Notes: generated by a model not told the origin, from the sequence alone. A stretch of 64,000 nucleotides of DNA from Pristiophorus japonicus (GCF_044704955.1 NW_027252668.1:2852001-2916000); one strand, 5' to 3'. Counted from the first letter of the stretch, positions 1-12,075 are shown. Translations and numbers: made by a program.

Positions 1-960
1 TCACGCCTCATACCTTCAAAGTTACCCTTCTTTCAGTTCTGGACCATGGTCTCTGAATTAACTGTTTCATTCTCCATTCTAATGCAGAATTCCACCATAT
101 TATGGTCACTCTTCCCCAAGGGGCCTCGCACAATGAGATTGCTAATTAATCCTCTCTCATTACACAACACCCAGTCTAAGATGGCCTCCCCCCTAGTTGG
201 TTCCTCGACATATTGGTCTAGAAAACCATCCCTTATGCACTCCAGGAAATCCTCCTCCACCGTATTGCTTCCAGTTTGGCTAGCCCAATCTATGTGCATA
301 TTAAAGTCATCCATTATAACTGCTGCACCTTTATAGCATGCACCCCTAATTTCCTGTTTGATGCCCTCCCCAACATCACTACTACTGTTTGGAGGTCTGT
401 ACACAACTCCCACTAACGTTTTTTGCCCTTTGGTGTTCTGCAGCTCTACCCATATAGATTCCACATCATCCAAGCTCATGTCTTTCCTAACTATTGCATT
501 AATCTCCTCTTTAACCAGCAATGCTACCCCACCTCCTTTTCCTTTTATTCTATCCTTCCTGAATGTTGAATACCCCTGGATGTTGAGTTCCCAGCCCTGA
601 TCATCCTGGAGCCACGTCTCCGTAATCCCAATCACATCATATTTGTTAACATCTATTTGCACAGTTAATTCATCCACCTTATTGCGGATACTCCTTGCAT
701 TAAGACACAAAGCCTTCAGGCTTGCTTTTTTAACACCCTTTCTCCTTCTAGAATTTTGCTGTACAGTGGCCCTTTTTGTTCTTTGCCTTGAGTTTCTCTG
801 CCCTCCACTTTTCCTCATCTCCTTTCTGTCTTTTGCTTTTGCCTCCTTTTTGTCTCCCTCTGTCTCCCTGCATTGGTTCCCATCCCCCTGCCATATTAGT
901 TTAACTCCTCCCCAACAGCACTAGCAAACACTCCCCCTAGGACATTGGTTCCGGTCCTGC
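1..960 (-). mobile_element. CR1 LINE fragment: end of ORF1 plus APE endonuclease N-terminus of ORF2; cut by satellite at 960 and running off the window start
   Basis: ORF 33-818 has APE motifs (LCLNARSIRNK, IGITETW, GGGVAL, GVVYRPP, DFN, LDWVL, SDH). Minus strand 958-896 reads RTGTNVLGGVFASAVGEELN*, resembling the end of a CR1 ORF1 esterase. Confidence 0.9.
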
Positions 961-1835
961 CTGTATATATCTGTCTCCGGTATGTGAGGGTGGGATTTTC
1001 CCGGTATATAAATATATAGTCTCGAGTATGCGAGGGTGGGATTTTCCCTGTATACATCTGTCTCTGGTGTGTGAGGGTCGGCTTTTCCCTATATATATCT
1101 GTCTCTGGTATGTGATGGTGGGATTTTCCCTGTATATATGTCTCTGGTGTGAGAGGGTAAGATTTTCTCTGTATTTTTCTGTCTCTGGTATGTGAGGGTG
1201 GGATTTTCTCTGTTTATATCTGTCTCTGGTGTGAGGTTCAGATTTTCTCTGTATATATCTGTCTCTGGTATGTGAGGGTGAGATTTTCGCTGTATAAATC
1301 TGTCTCTGGTGTGTGAGGATGGAATTTTCACTGAATATATCTGTCTCTGGCATGTGCGGGTGGGATTTTCTCTGTGTCTATCTGTCTCCGGTATGTGAGG
1401 GTGGAATTTTCCCGGTATATAAATATATAGTCTCCAGTATGCGAGGGTGGGATTTTCCCTGTATGTATCTGCCTCTGGTGTGTGATGGTGGGATTTTCCC
1501 TGTATACATCTGTCTCTGGAGTGTGAAGGTGGGATTTTTACTGTATATATCTGTCTCTGGTGTGTGAGGGTGGGATTTTCCCTGAATATATCTGTCTCTT
1601 GTGTGTGAGGGTGGGATTTTCCCTGTATATATCTGTCTCTGGTATGTGAGCGTGGGATTTTCCATGCTTATATCGGTCTCTGGTATGTGAGGGTGGGATT
1701 TGTCCTTTATATATCTGTCTCTGGTGTGTGAGGGTCGGCTTTTCCCTGTATATATCTGTGTCGGGTGTGTGAGAGTGGGATTTTCTCTGTATATATCTGT
1801 CTCTAGTGTGTGAGGGTGGGAATTTCCCTGAATAT

Positions 1836-3360
1836 GCTGTGCTGGGGCCCCAGCTGTTTACATTGTATATTAATGATTTGGACGAGGGGATTAAATGCAG
1901 TATCGGCAAATTTGCAGATGACACTAAGTTGGGTGGCAGTGTGAGCTGCGAGGAGGATGCCATCAGGCTGCAGAATGACTTGGATAGGTTTGGTGAGTGC
2001 GCAAATGCATGGCAGATAAAGTATAATGTGGATAAATGTGAGGTTATCCACTTTGGTGGTAAAAACAGAGAGACAGACTATTATCTGAATGGTGACAGAT
2101 TAGGAAAAGGGGATGTGCAACGAGACCTGGGTGTCATGGTACATCAGTCATTGAAGGTTGGCATGCAGATACAGCAGGCAGTTAAGAAAGCAAATGGCAT
2201 GTTGGCCTTCATAGCGAGGGGATTTGAGTACAGGGGCAGGGAGGTATTGCTACAGTTGTACAGGGCCTTGGTGAGGCCACACCTGGAGTATTGTGTACAG
2301 TTTTGGTCTCCTAACTTGAGGAAGGAAATTCTTGCTATTGAGGGAGTGCAGCGAAGGTTCACCAGACTGATTCCCAGGATGCCGGGACTGACATATCAAG
2401 AAAGACTGGATCAACTTGGCTTGTATTCACTGGAGTTCAGAAGAATGAGAGGGGATCTCATAGAAACGTTTAAAATTCTGACGGGTTTAGACAGGTTAGA
2501 TGCAGGAAGAATGTTCCCAATGTTGGGGAAGTCCAGAACCAGGGGTCACAGCCCAAGGATCAGGGATAATCCATTCAGTACTGAGATGAGGAGAAACTTC
2601 TTCACCCAGAGAGTGGTGAACCTGTGGAATTCTCTACCACAGAAAGTTGTTGAGGCCAATTCACTAAATATATTCAAAAAGGAGTTAGATATAGTCCTTA
2701 CTACTCGGGGGTTCAAGGGGTATGGCGAGAAAGCAGGAATGGGGTACTGAGGTTGCATGTGTGAATGTTTCAAATGTATAGAGACATTGAAGTTGAGAAT
2801 GTGGGAATTGTAAAGGGCCAGTATAAGCTAACAAAGAATTCATGGAGGAATAGCCATGACATCTCGGACTCGAGACTGCGAAATGTTACAACACTAACAC
2901 ATATTGAAACAAAACCCACAGCTTGCAGAAAAACCTCAAGGTCTTATTAAATCATGTTATTAACCTGAAACATTAACAGAAGGTCTTTGTTTAAAATAAG
3001 ACCATACTTATGTCGGCTTATGAGTGGACAAAGGGAAAGAGGGACCAAAAGAGATAGGTTGAACTAGGATGTCACTCTAGCCCTATCTTGTTATCTTTTG
3101 CCGAGAATGTATAACTGTTGTCGCTTTACGATGTAACTTCACTTATCCGTAGGGAGTGTGTACGCTCGATCGAGAATGTATATCCCCTGTCTGATACGTC
3201 TTGCCGGCCGGTAAAATAAAGACTGCTTTGTTCAAATCACAAGAGGTATTCGACTCAGTAATTTTACTGAACCAGATTGAGAGAAAAGAATCCACATTTA
3301 CACATGTTCAGCCATGAACTCATTGAATGGCCTACTCCTGCACCTATCTTCTGTGTTTCT
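1836..3360 (+). mobile_element. 5'-truncated CR1 LINE (RT C-half to natural stop at 2750, plus 3' UTR split by a solo LTR), copy 1
   Basis: VLGPQLFTLYINDL, KFADDTKL, LVRPHLEYCVQFWSP, RRMRGDLIE, GYGEKAGMGY*. The 3' UTR resumes at 3303 and ends CCTACTCCTGCACCTATCTTCTGTGTTTCT. Confidence 0.95.
2760..3302 (+). mobile_element. Solo LTR (543 bp) with 4-bp target-site duplication
   Basis: Starts TGTGAATGT, ends ACATTTACA (8/9 inverted match); CATG at 2756-2759 and 3303-3306; AATAAA at 3215-3220. The paralogous CR1 UTR near 7265 is empty (GTTGCATGTTCAGCC). Confidence 0.85.
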
Positions 3361-3814
3361 GTATATCTGTCTCTGGTGTGTGAGGGTGGGATTTTCCCTG
3401 AATATATCTGTCTCTGGTATGAGAGAGTGGGATTTTCTCTCTATATATCTGTCGCTGGTGTGTGAGGGTGGGATTTTCCCTGTATATATCTGTCTCTGGT
3501 GTGTGAGGGTAGGATTTTCTCTGTATATATCTGTCTCTGGTATGTGAGGGTGGATTTTTTCTGTATATATCGGTCTCTGGTATGTGAGGGTGGAATTTTC
3601 CCTGTATATATCTGTCTCGGGTGTGTGAGAGTGGGATTTTCTCTATATATATCTGTCTCTGGTGTGTGAGGGTCGGCTTTTCCCTGTATATATCTGTCTC
3701 GGGTGTGTGAGAGTGGGATTTTCTCTATATATACCTGTCTCTGGTGTGTGAGGGTGGGAGTTTCTCTGTATATATCTGTCTCTGGTGTGTGAGGGTGGGA
3801 TTTTCCCTGAATAT

Positions 3815-4277
3815 GCTGTGCTGGGGCCCCAGCTGTTTACATTGTACATTAATGATTTGGACGAGGGGATTAAACGTAGTATCTCCAAATTTGCAGATGA
3901 CACCAAGTTGGGTGGCAGTGTGAGCTGCGAGGAGGATGCTATGAGACTGCAGAGTAACTTGGATAGGTTAGGTGAGTGGGCAAATGCATGGCAGATGAAG
4001 TATAATGTGGATAAATGTGAGGTTATCCACTTTGGTGGTAAAAACAGAGAGACAGACTATTATCTGAATGGTGACAGATTAGGAAAAGGGGAGGTGCAAC
4101 GAGACCTGGGTGTCATGGTACATCAGTCATTGAAGGTTGGCATGCAGATACAGCAGGCAGTTAAGTAAGCAAATGGCATGTTAACCTTCATAGCGAGGAT
4201 TTTTGAGTACAGGGGCAGGGAGGTATTGCTACAGTTGTACAGGGCCTTGGGAGGTATTGCTACAGTTGTACAGGGCC
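3815..4277 (+). mobile_element. Doubly truncated CR1 RT fragment, copy 2
   Basis: Same 5' junction as copy 1; premature TAA at 4166-4168; ends in a 29-bp direct repeat GGGAGGTATTGCTACAGTTGTACAGGGCC (4218-4246 and 4249-4277). Confidence 0.93.
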
Positions 4278-4975
4278 ATATCTGTCTCTGGTGTGTGAGG
4301 GTGGGCTTTTCCCTGTATAGATCTGTCTCCGGTATGTGAGGGTGGGATTTTCCCTGTATAGGTCTGTCTCCGGTATGTGAGGGTGGGATTTTCTCTGTAT
4401 ATATCTGCCTCTGGTATGAGGGTGGGATCTTGTCTGTATATATCTGTCTCTGGTATGTGAGGGTGGTATTTTCGCTCTTTGTATCTGTCTGGTGTGTGAG
4501 GGTGGGATTTTCTCTGTATATATCTATCTCTGGTATGTGAGGGTGGGATTTGTCCTGCATATATCTGTCTCTGGTATGTGAGGGTGGTATTTTCACTGTA
4601 TATATCTGTCTCTGGTATATGAGGGTGGGATTTTGTCTGTATATATCTGTCTCTGGTATGTGAGGGTGGTATTTTCTCTGTATATATCTGTCTCTGGTAT
4701 ATGAAGGTGGGATCTTGTCTGTATATATCTGTCTCTGGTATGTGAGGGTGGTATTTTCGCTCTTTATATCTGTCTGGTGTGTGAGGGTGGGATTTACTCT
4801 GTATATATCTGTCTCTGGTGTGTGAGGGTGGGATTTTTCCTGTATATAAATATATAGTCTCCACTATGTGAGGGTGGGATTTTCCCTGTATGTATCTGTC
4901 TCAGGTGTGTGAGGGTGGGATTTTCTCTGTATATATCTGTCTCTGGTGTGTGAGAGTGGGATTTTCCCTGAATAT

Positions 4976-5438
4976 GCTGTGCTGGGGCCCCAGCTGTTTA
5001 CATTGTACGTTAATGATTTGGACAAGGGGATTAAATGTAGTATCTCCAAATCTGCAGATGACACCAAGTTGGGTGGCAGTGTGAGCTGCGAGGAGGATGC
5101 TATGAGGCTGCAGAGTGACTTGGATAGGTTAGGTGAGTGGGCAAATGCATGGCAGATGAAGTATAATGTGGCTAAATGTGAGGTTATCCACTTTGGTGGT
5201 AAAAACAGAGAGACAGACTATTATCTGAATGGTGACAGATTAGGAAAAGGGGAGGTGCAACGAGACCTGGGTGTCATGGTACATCAGTCATTGAAGGTTG
5301 GCATGCAGATACAGCAGGCAGTTAAGAAAGCAAATGGCATGTTGGCCTTCATAGCGAGGATTTTTGAGTACAGGGGCAGGGAGGTATTGCTACAGTTGTA
5401 CAGGGCCTTGGGAGGTATTGCTACAGTTGTACAGGGCC
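4976..5438 (+). mobile_element. Doubly truncated CR1 RT fragment, copy 3
   Basis: Same 5' and 3' junctions as copy 2, 1161 bp downstream; shares the ARIFEY variant; FADD changed to SADD. Confidence 0.93.
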
Positions 5439-6347
5439 ATATCTGTCTCTGGTGTGTGAGGGTGGGCTTTTCCCTGTATATAGCTGTCTCTAGTATGTGA
5501 GGGTGGGATTTTCCCTGTATATATCTGTCTGATATGTGAGGGTGGGATTTTCTCTCTATATATCTGTCTCTGGTATATGAGGGTGGGATTTTGTCTGTAT
5601 ATTTCTGTCTCTGGTATGTGAGGGTGATATTTTCGCTCTTTGTATCCGTCTGGTGTGTGAGGGTGGTATTTTTCATGTATATCTATATATATATATAATC
5701 TCCGGTATGTGAGGGAGGATTTTCCCTGTATATATCTGTTTCTGCTATGTGAGGGTGGGATTTTCCCTGTATGTATCAATCTCTGGTATGTGAGGATGGA
5801 ATTTTCCCTGTATATATCTGTCTCTGGTGTGTGAGAGTGGGATTTTTTCTGTATATACCTGTCTCTGGTGTGTGAGGGTGGTATTTTCCCGGTATATATC
5901 TGTCTCTGGTATGTGAGGGTCGGCTTTTCCCTGTATATACCTGTCTCTGGTGTGTGAGGGTGGTATTTTCCCGGTATATATCTGTCTCTGGTGTGTGAAG
6001 GTGGGATTTTCCCTGTATATATATCGTCTCCGGAATGTGAGAGTGGGATTTTCCCTGTATATATCTGTCTCTGGAATCGGAGGGTTGGATTTTCCCTGTA
6101 TATATCTGTCTCCGGTATGTGAGGGTGGGATTTTCGCTGTATATATCTGTCTCTCGTATGTGAGGTTGGAATTTTCCCTGTATATATCTGTCTCTGGTAT
6201 GTGAGGGTTGGCTTTTCCCTGTATATATCTGTCTCCGGTGTGTGTGAGTGAGAATTTCTCTGTATATACCTGTGTCTGGTGTGTGAGGGTGGGATATTCT
6301 CTGTATATATCTGTCTGGTGTGTGAGGGAGAGATTTTCCCTGAATAT

Positions 6348-7350
6348 GCTGTGCTGGGGCCCCAGCTGTTTACATTGTACATTAATGATTTAGCCGAGGG
6401 GATTAAATGTAGTATCTCCAAATTTGTGGATAACACTAAGTTGGGTGGCAGTGTGAGCTGCGAGGAGGATGCTATCAGGCTGCACAGTGACTTGGATAGG
6501 TTAGGTGAGTGGGCAAATGCATGGCAGATGAAGTATAATGTGGATAAATGTGAGGTTATCCACTTTGGTGGTAAAAACAGAGAGACAGACTATTATCTGT
6601 ATGGTGACAGATTAGGAAAAGGGAAGGTGCAACGAGACCTGGGTGTCATGGTACATCAGTCATTGAAGGCTGGCATGCAGGTACAGCAGGCGGTTAAGAA
6701 AGAAAATGGCATGTTGGCCTTCATAGCGAGGGGATTTGAGTACAGGGGCAGGGAGGTATTGCTACAGTTGTACAGGGCCTTGGTGAGGCCACACCTGGAG
6801 TATTGTGTCCAGTTTTGGTCTCCTAACTTGAGGAAGGACATTCTTGGTATTGAGGGAGTGCAGCGAAGGTTCACCAGACTGATTCCCGGGATGGCGGGAC
6901 TGACATATCAAGAAAGACTGGATCAACTGGGCTTGTATTCACTGGACTTCAGAAGAATGAGAGGGGATCTCATAGAAACGTTTAAAATTATGACGGGTTT
7001 AGACAGGTTAGATGAAGGAAGAATGTTCCCAATGTTGGGGAAGTCCAGAACCAGGGGTCACAGTCCAAGGATAAGGGGCAATCCATTTAGGACTGACATG
7101 AGGAGAAACTTCTTCACTCAGAGAGTGGTGAACCTGTGGAATTCTCTACCACAGAAAGTTGTTGAGGCCAATTCACTAAATATATTCAAAAAGGAGTTAG
7201 ATATAGTCCTTACTACTCGGGGGATCAAGGGGTATGGCGAGAAAGCAGGAATGGGTTACTGAGGTTGCATGTTCAGCCATGAATTCATTGAATCGCGGTG
7301 CAGGCTCGAAGGGCCGAATGGCCTACTCCTGCACCTATCTTTTGTGTTTC
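6348..7350 (+). mobile_element. 5'-truncated CR1 LINE with complete 3' end, copy 4
   Basis: Same 5' junction; open frame to GIKGYGEKAGMGY* (7262); catalytic motif degraded to FVDN; uninterrupted 3' UTR. Confidence 0.95.
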
Positions 7351-8536
7351 TGTATATCTGTCTCTGGTGTGTGATGGTGGGATTTTTCCTGAATATATCT
7401 GTCTCTGGTGTGTGAGGGTGGGATTTTCCCTGTATATATCTGTCTCTGGTATGTGAGGGTGGAATTTTCCCTGTATATATCTGTCTCTGGTGTGTGAGGG
7501 TGGAATTTTCCCTGTATATAAATCGGTCTCTGGTGTGTGAGGGTGGGATTTTCTCTGTATATAATCGGTCTCTGATATGTGAGGCTGGGATTTTCCCTGT
7601 TTATATCTGTCTCTGGTGTGTGAGGGTGGGATTTTCCCTGTATATACCTGTCTCTGCAATGTGAGGGTGGGATTTTCTCTGTGCATATCCGTCTCTGGTA
7701 TGTGATGGTGGGATTTTCCCTGTATATATCTGTCTCTGGTATGTGAGGGTGGGATTTTCCCTGTATATATCTGTCTCTGGTGTGTGAGGGTGGGATTTTC
7801 CCTGTATATATCTGTCTCTGGTATGTGATGGTGGGATTTTCCCTGTATATATCTGTCTCTGGTGTGAGGGTGGGATTTTCTCTGTATATATCTGTCTCTG
7901 GTATGTGAGGGTGGGATTTTCCTTGTATATATCTGGCTCTGGTGTGTGAGAATGGAATTTTCCGTGAATATATCTGTCTCTGGTATGTGCGGGTGGGATT
8001 TTCTCTGTATATATCTGTCTTTGGTGTTTGAGGGTGGGATTTCCTCTGTATATATGTCTCTGGTATGTGAGGGTGGGATTTTCCCGGTATATATCTGTCT
8101 CTGGTATGTGAGTTTGGGATTCTCTCCATTTATCTGCCAGTTTCTGAAATGTGAGTGTGGGTCTTGCTCTGTACCTGACAGTTTCTGCTTAATTGAGAAT
8201 TGATGCCGCCTATCTCATACCGTTTAATTCAACACCTTTCTTGTCTGTCACTGCTGCTGTAACTACATTCGTTGTTTTACTATTACTTTCACTTGGAGTA
8301 TCCTTGGCACTGTTTGGGACCCGAACTCTGCTCTTCCCCCAATGTTTTGGACATTTAACTACCATTTTTACTGTAGTTTTTCACTGAGTACTCATTTATT
8401 AGTTTGAAGTCCCTTTTAGTTTAATTTTGTTAATTTTAATTTACAAATGGGATTGACAATTGTCTTGTTGTAAAATCCTGCTGCAAGATCCCATAATTCA
8501 GTTCTGACCTGCGACGGATATTAAAAGTACCTCTGT

Positions 8537-8608
8537 TGAGATGGCGAAGAATCGAACCTGGGTCAACTGCTTGAAAGGCAGCTATGCTCAGCACTATACC
8601 ACCATTGC
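8537..8608 (-). pseudogene. tRNA-Gly(TCC)-derived pseudogene with anticodon changed to TTC
   Basis: Reverse complement GCAATGGTGGTATAGTGCTGAGCATAGCTGCCTTTCAAGCAGTTGACCCAGGTTCGATTCTTCGCCATCTCA is colinear with vertebrate tRNA-Gly-TCC (72 nt); acceptor and T-stem mismatches; TTTT about 10 nt downstream. Confidence 0.85.
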
Positions 8609-9021
8609 CCACACATCAGTCATTTTGTATTTGCAGACAAACTGCTTCTTACGGGTCTTCAGCGGGACAAATAAATTGCTGTGCAATCATTTTAATCAGA
8701 ATGTAAGCACGGTGCTGGGACACCTTCCCTCCAATTACAAATGGTCACTGTCAATAGTAATCTTGCTTGGACTGAGCCCTCACCCCATTTATTAGTTTAA
8801 AGTCTGGACTGAGTCCTCACCCCAGTTACTTTTTCTTCAGTCCCCTCTAGATTAAACAATAGTTATCACCAAAAATAAATGAAACCTCAATTTTATGTGA
8901 TAAATAAATGGATGATGAATGTGCTTTGTAAATGTTAGAGAAATGGCATTTGCTGGAAGGCACTCGTGTTCGGTTCTAAACTGCGACATGGTGACATAAA
9001 CTGTATTAAATGGAGCCTGTT

Positions 9022-9093
9022 TGTGCTGGCCGAGAATGAAACCCGAGTCAACCCCTGGGAAGGCAGCTATGCTCAGCACTATAGCACCATCAC
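9022..9093 (-). pseudogene. tRNA-Gly(TCC) pseudogene
   Basis: Reverse complement GTGATGGTGCTATAGTGCTGAGCATAGCTGCCTTCCCAGGGGTTGACTCGGGTTTCATTCTCGGCCAGCACA; TCC anticodon kept, anticodon stem and B box damaged. Confidence 0.8.
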
Positions 9094-9324
9094 ACTAAGT
9101 TTAACATGTAAACCTCTGTATTGACAGACCACTCACCATGGGTCTTTGGAGCTTTAGTCAGGACTAACTGCAATCATTGTAATCTGAACGTAAACAAGGT
9201 GTTCAGGTTATTTGTCTCCAGCTTAAAACAGTTACTGATGAATGGTTATCTTGTTGCACTACTGGCTGGCAGCCAGGAGATGGCACCAGCCTCCAATAGT
9301 TTGGCTGTTGTGGATTGTGTACAC

Positions 9325-9470
9325 ACCCAGACCGCTGTGAGTCTGGTGCTGCCCGGGGAGCTGGCCAAGCACGCCGTGTCGGAATGGGACAAAGGCGGTG
9401 ACCATTGCAAATAAATTCACAACACAGGAAAAAGCATTAAAAAAGCAACGGCTCTTTTAAGAGGAAACCG
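9325..9470 (+). pseudogene. H2B: Histone H2B 3' fragment with decayed stem-loop
   Basis: [19 protein letters not shown], then a 1-nt insertion before GTKAVT; AACGGCTCTTTTAAGAGGA at 9447-9465 is a broken histone stem-loop. Confidence 0.85.
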
Positions 9471-9529
9471 CAGTGTTAATTTAGTCGATTTATTCATTCT
9501 GCTATCGTCCTTTTATAAAATAATGGTAC

Positions 9530-10215
9530 AACACAGAGTGTGTGAGTTTCACCCTGTATCTATCTGTCTCTGATATGTGAGTGAGTTTCACTCTGCACCA
9601 GTTCTGGTGTGTGAGTGTGTATTTTATTATGTAACAGCTGATTTCAGCGAAGTGGGTGTGTGGCTTACACTGTATGTATCAGTTTCTGTTTGTGAATGTG
9701 GGACTTAATCTACCTGTCAGTTTCTGATATGCAAATCTGTGTTTTACTCTAACTGTCAGGTTGTGAAAAGTGAGAGCGGGTTTTATGCTGTAACTGTCAG
9801 TTTCTAGTTTGTGAATGTGGTTCCACTCTGTATCTGTCAGTTTCTGATGTGTGAGTGAGTTTTACTCTGTACCATTCATTTACCACTACATGAGTGTGGG
9901 TTTTCCTTTCTACCTGTCAATTTCTGCTGTGGAAGAGAGGGGTTTACGTGAGTGTGGGTTTTAGTCTTTATCCGTCAGTCCCTGTTTTGTGTGTGTTATT
10001 TTTTTCCAGTATCTTCTCTTTCTGGTCTGTGAATGTGGGTTTTATTATGTACCTGTCAGTGTCTGAAATGAGAATGTGGGTTTTACTCTGTACCTGTCAG
10101 TCTCTGGAATTACATTTGTGGGTTTTATTCTGTAACTCTCATTTTCTGGTCCGCGAGTGTGGGTATTCCTCTGTATCTGCCAGTTTCTGGTGTGAGTGGA
10201 GGTTTTACTTTATAT
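9530..10215. repeat. Degenerate ~41-bp satellite (old relative of SatA/SatC)
   Basis: Recurrent CTGTACCTGTCAGTTTCTGGTATGTGAGTGTGGGTTTTA-like units with many substitutions. Confidence 0.8.
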
Positions 10216-10229
10216 GAATAGAAAACCAG

Positions 10230-12075
10230 AATATTGTTTAAAACCTGAGAGATTAGTAAATGTTGCAATTCAGGGGGATTTGAGAGTCATTGTACGTGAA
10301 ACATTGAAAGTTAACATGTAGGTACAGCAAGCACTTAGGAAGGTGAAAGGTGTAGGTCTATACACTTGGAGATGAGAAGAATGAGAGGTGATCTTATTGA
10401 AACATACAAGACCCTGAGGGGGATTGACAGGGTAGATGCTGAGAGGTTGCTTCCACTGGATGGACAGTCCAGAACTAGGAGTGTTAGACTCACAATAAGG
10501 GCTCAGCCATTTAGATCTGAGATGAGGAGAAATGTCTTCACTGAGAGGGTTGTGAATCTTTGGAATGCTCTATCCCAGAGGGATGTGGATGCTCAGGTGA
10601 TGAGTGTATTCAAGACTGAGATTGACATTTTGTTTGATACTAAGGGAATCAAGGGATATGGGGATAGTGCGGGCAACGGGAGTTGAGGTAGAAGATCAGC
10701 CATGATCTAATTCAATGGCGGAGCAGGCTCGAGGGGCAAATCATAGAATCATAGAAATTTACAGCATGGAAGGAGGCCATTTTGGCCCATTGCGTCCGCG
10801 CCGGCCGACCAAGAGCTATCCTGCCTAATCCCATTTTCCAGCTCTTGGTCCGTAGCCCTGAAGGTTACGGCACTTTAAGTGCACATCCAAGTATTAAATG
10901 TCGTGAGGATTTCTGCCTCTACCACCCTTTCGGGCAGTGTGTTCCAGACCCCCACTACCAGCTGGGTGAAGACATTTCCCCTCGTATCTCCTCTAAACCT
11001 CCCCCCAATTACATTAAATCTATGTCCCCTGGCTGTTGACCCCTCTGCCAAGGGAAACAAGTCCTTCCTTTCCACTCTATCCAGAACTCTCATAATTTTA
11101 TCCACCTCAATCAGGTCTCTCCTCAGCCTCCTCTCTCCAATCTTTCCCCATTGCCAATATTCTCCAGTCCAGGCAACATTCTTGTAAATCTCCTCTGCAC
11201 CCTTTCCAGTGCCATCACACCTTACTGTAATGTGGTGACCAGAACTACACACAGTACTCCAGCTGTGGCCTAACCAGTGTTTTATACAGTTCAAGCACAA
11301 CCTCCTTGGCTCTTGTATTCTATACCTCGACTAATAAAGGCAAGTATTCCACATGCCTTCTTAACCACCTTATCTACCTGGCCTGATACCTTCAGGGATC
11401 CGTGGACATGTACTCCAAGGTCCCTTTGTTCCTCTACACTTTTCAGTGGCGTACCATTTAATGTGTATTCCCTTGCCTCGTTAGCCCTCCCCAAATGCAT
11501 GACCTCACATTTCTCTGGATTGAATCCATTTGGCACTGTTCCACCCACCTGACCAGTACATTGATATCTTCCTGCAATCCACAGCTTTCTTCTTCATTAT
11601 TAACCACACAGTCTATTTTACTGTCAGCTGTAAACTTCTTAATCATACCCACAACATTCCAGTCCAAGTCATTGATATATAGACCCAGCACTGAGCCCTT
11701 CGGAACCCCACTGGATACACCCTTCCAGTCACAAAAACACCTATCAACCATTACCCTTTGCTTTCTGCCTCTGAGCCAATTTTGGATCCAACTTGCCACT
11801 TTGCCCTGGATCCCATCGGCTTTTACTTTCGTGACCAGTTGGCCATGTTGGACCTTATCAAAAGCTTTGCTAAAATCCATAAACACTACATCACATGCAC
11901 TGCCCTCATCGATCCTCCTGGTTACCTCCTCGAAAAATTCAATCAAGTTAGTCAGACATGACCTTCCCTTCACAAATCCATGCTGACTGTCCTTGATTAA
12001 TCCCTGTCTTTCCAAATGAAGCTTTATCCTGTTCCTCAAATGGCCAACTCCTGCTCCAATTGCTTATGTTCTTAT
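10230..12075 (+). mobile_element. Degenerate CR1 3' fragment whose 3' UTR is split by a nested antisense CR1
   Basis: RRMRGDLIETYK...GIKGYGDSAGNGS* (10366-10686); the UTR breaks at 10741 and resumes at 12037, ending CTTATGTTCTTAT. Confidence 0.85.
10742..12036 (-). mobile_element. Nested 5'-truncated CR1 (RT domain to 3' tail), frameshifted
   Basis: SQHGFVKGRSCLTNL, MDFSKAFDKV, GVPKGSVLG; (CATAGAAT)n tail at 10742; CAAAT at 10737-10741 and 12037-12041 is a candidate TSD. Confidence 0.9.

Larger units (their letters stand above)
961..8130. repeat. 41-bp tandem satellite (SatA), left array, interrupted by four CR1 RT fragments
   Basis: Consensus CTGTATATATCTGTCTCTGGTGTGTGAGGGTGGGATTTTCC; period 41 read directly (e.g. 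1561 to 1602). Sub-arrays at about 961-1835, 3361-3814, 4278-4975, 5439-6347, 7351-8130. Confidence 0.95.
8100..9249. repeat. Segmental duplication, copy 1 (paralog at about 36500-37650, offset 28,402 bp)
   Basis: Near-identical non-satellite sequence; ORF pairs 8541/36943 and 8852/37254 both differ by 28,402. Confidence 0.95.

Noticed and set aside
1806-7262. 314-aa and 327-aa satellite-RT fusion ORFs as a domesticated reverse transcriptase
   Set aside because: The starts are GTG codons inside satellite, the N-terminal RT motifs including the first catalytic Asp are missing, and the FADD motif is decayed (SADD, FVDN) or a stop is present in sister copies.
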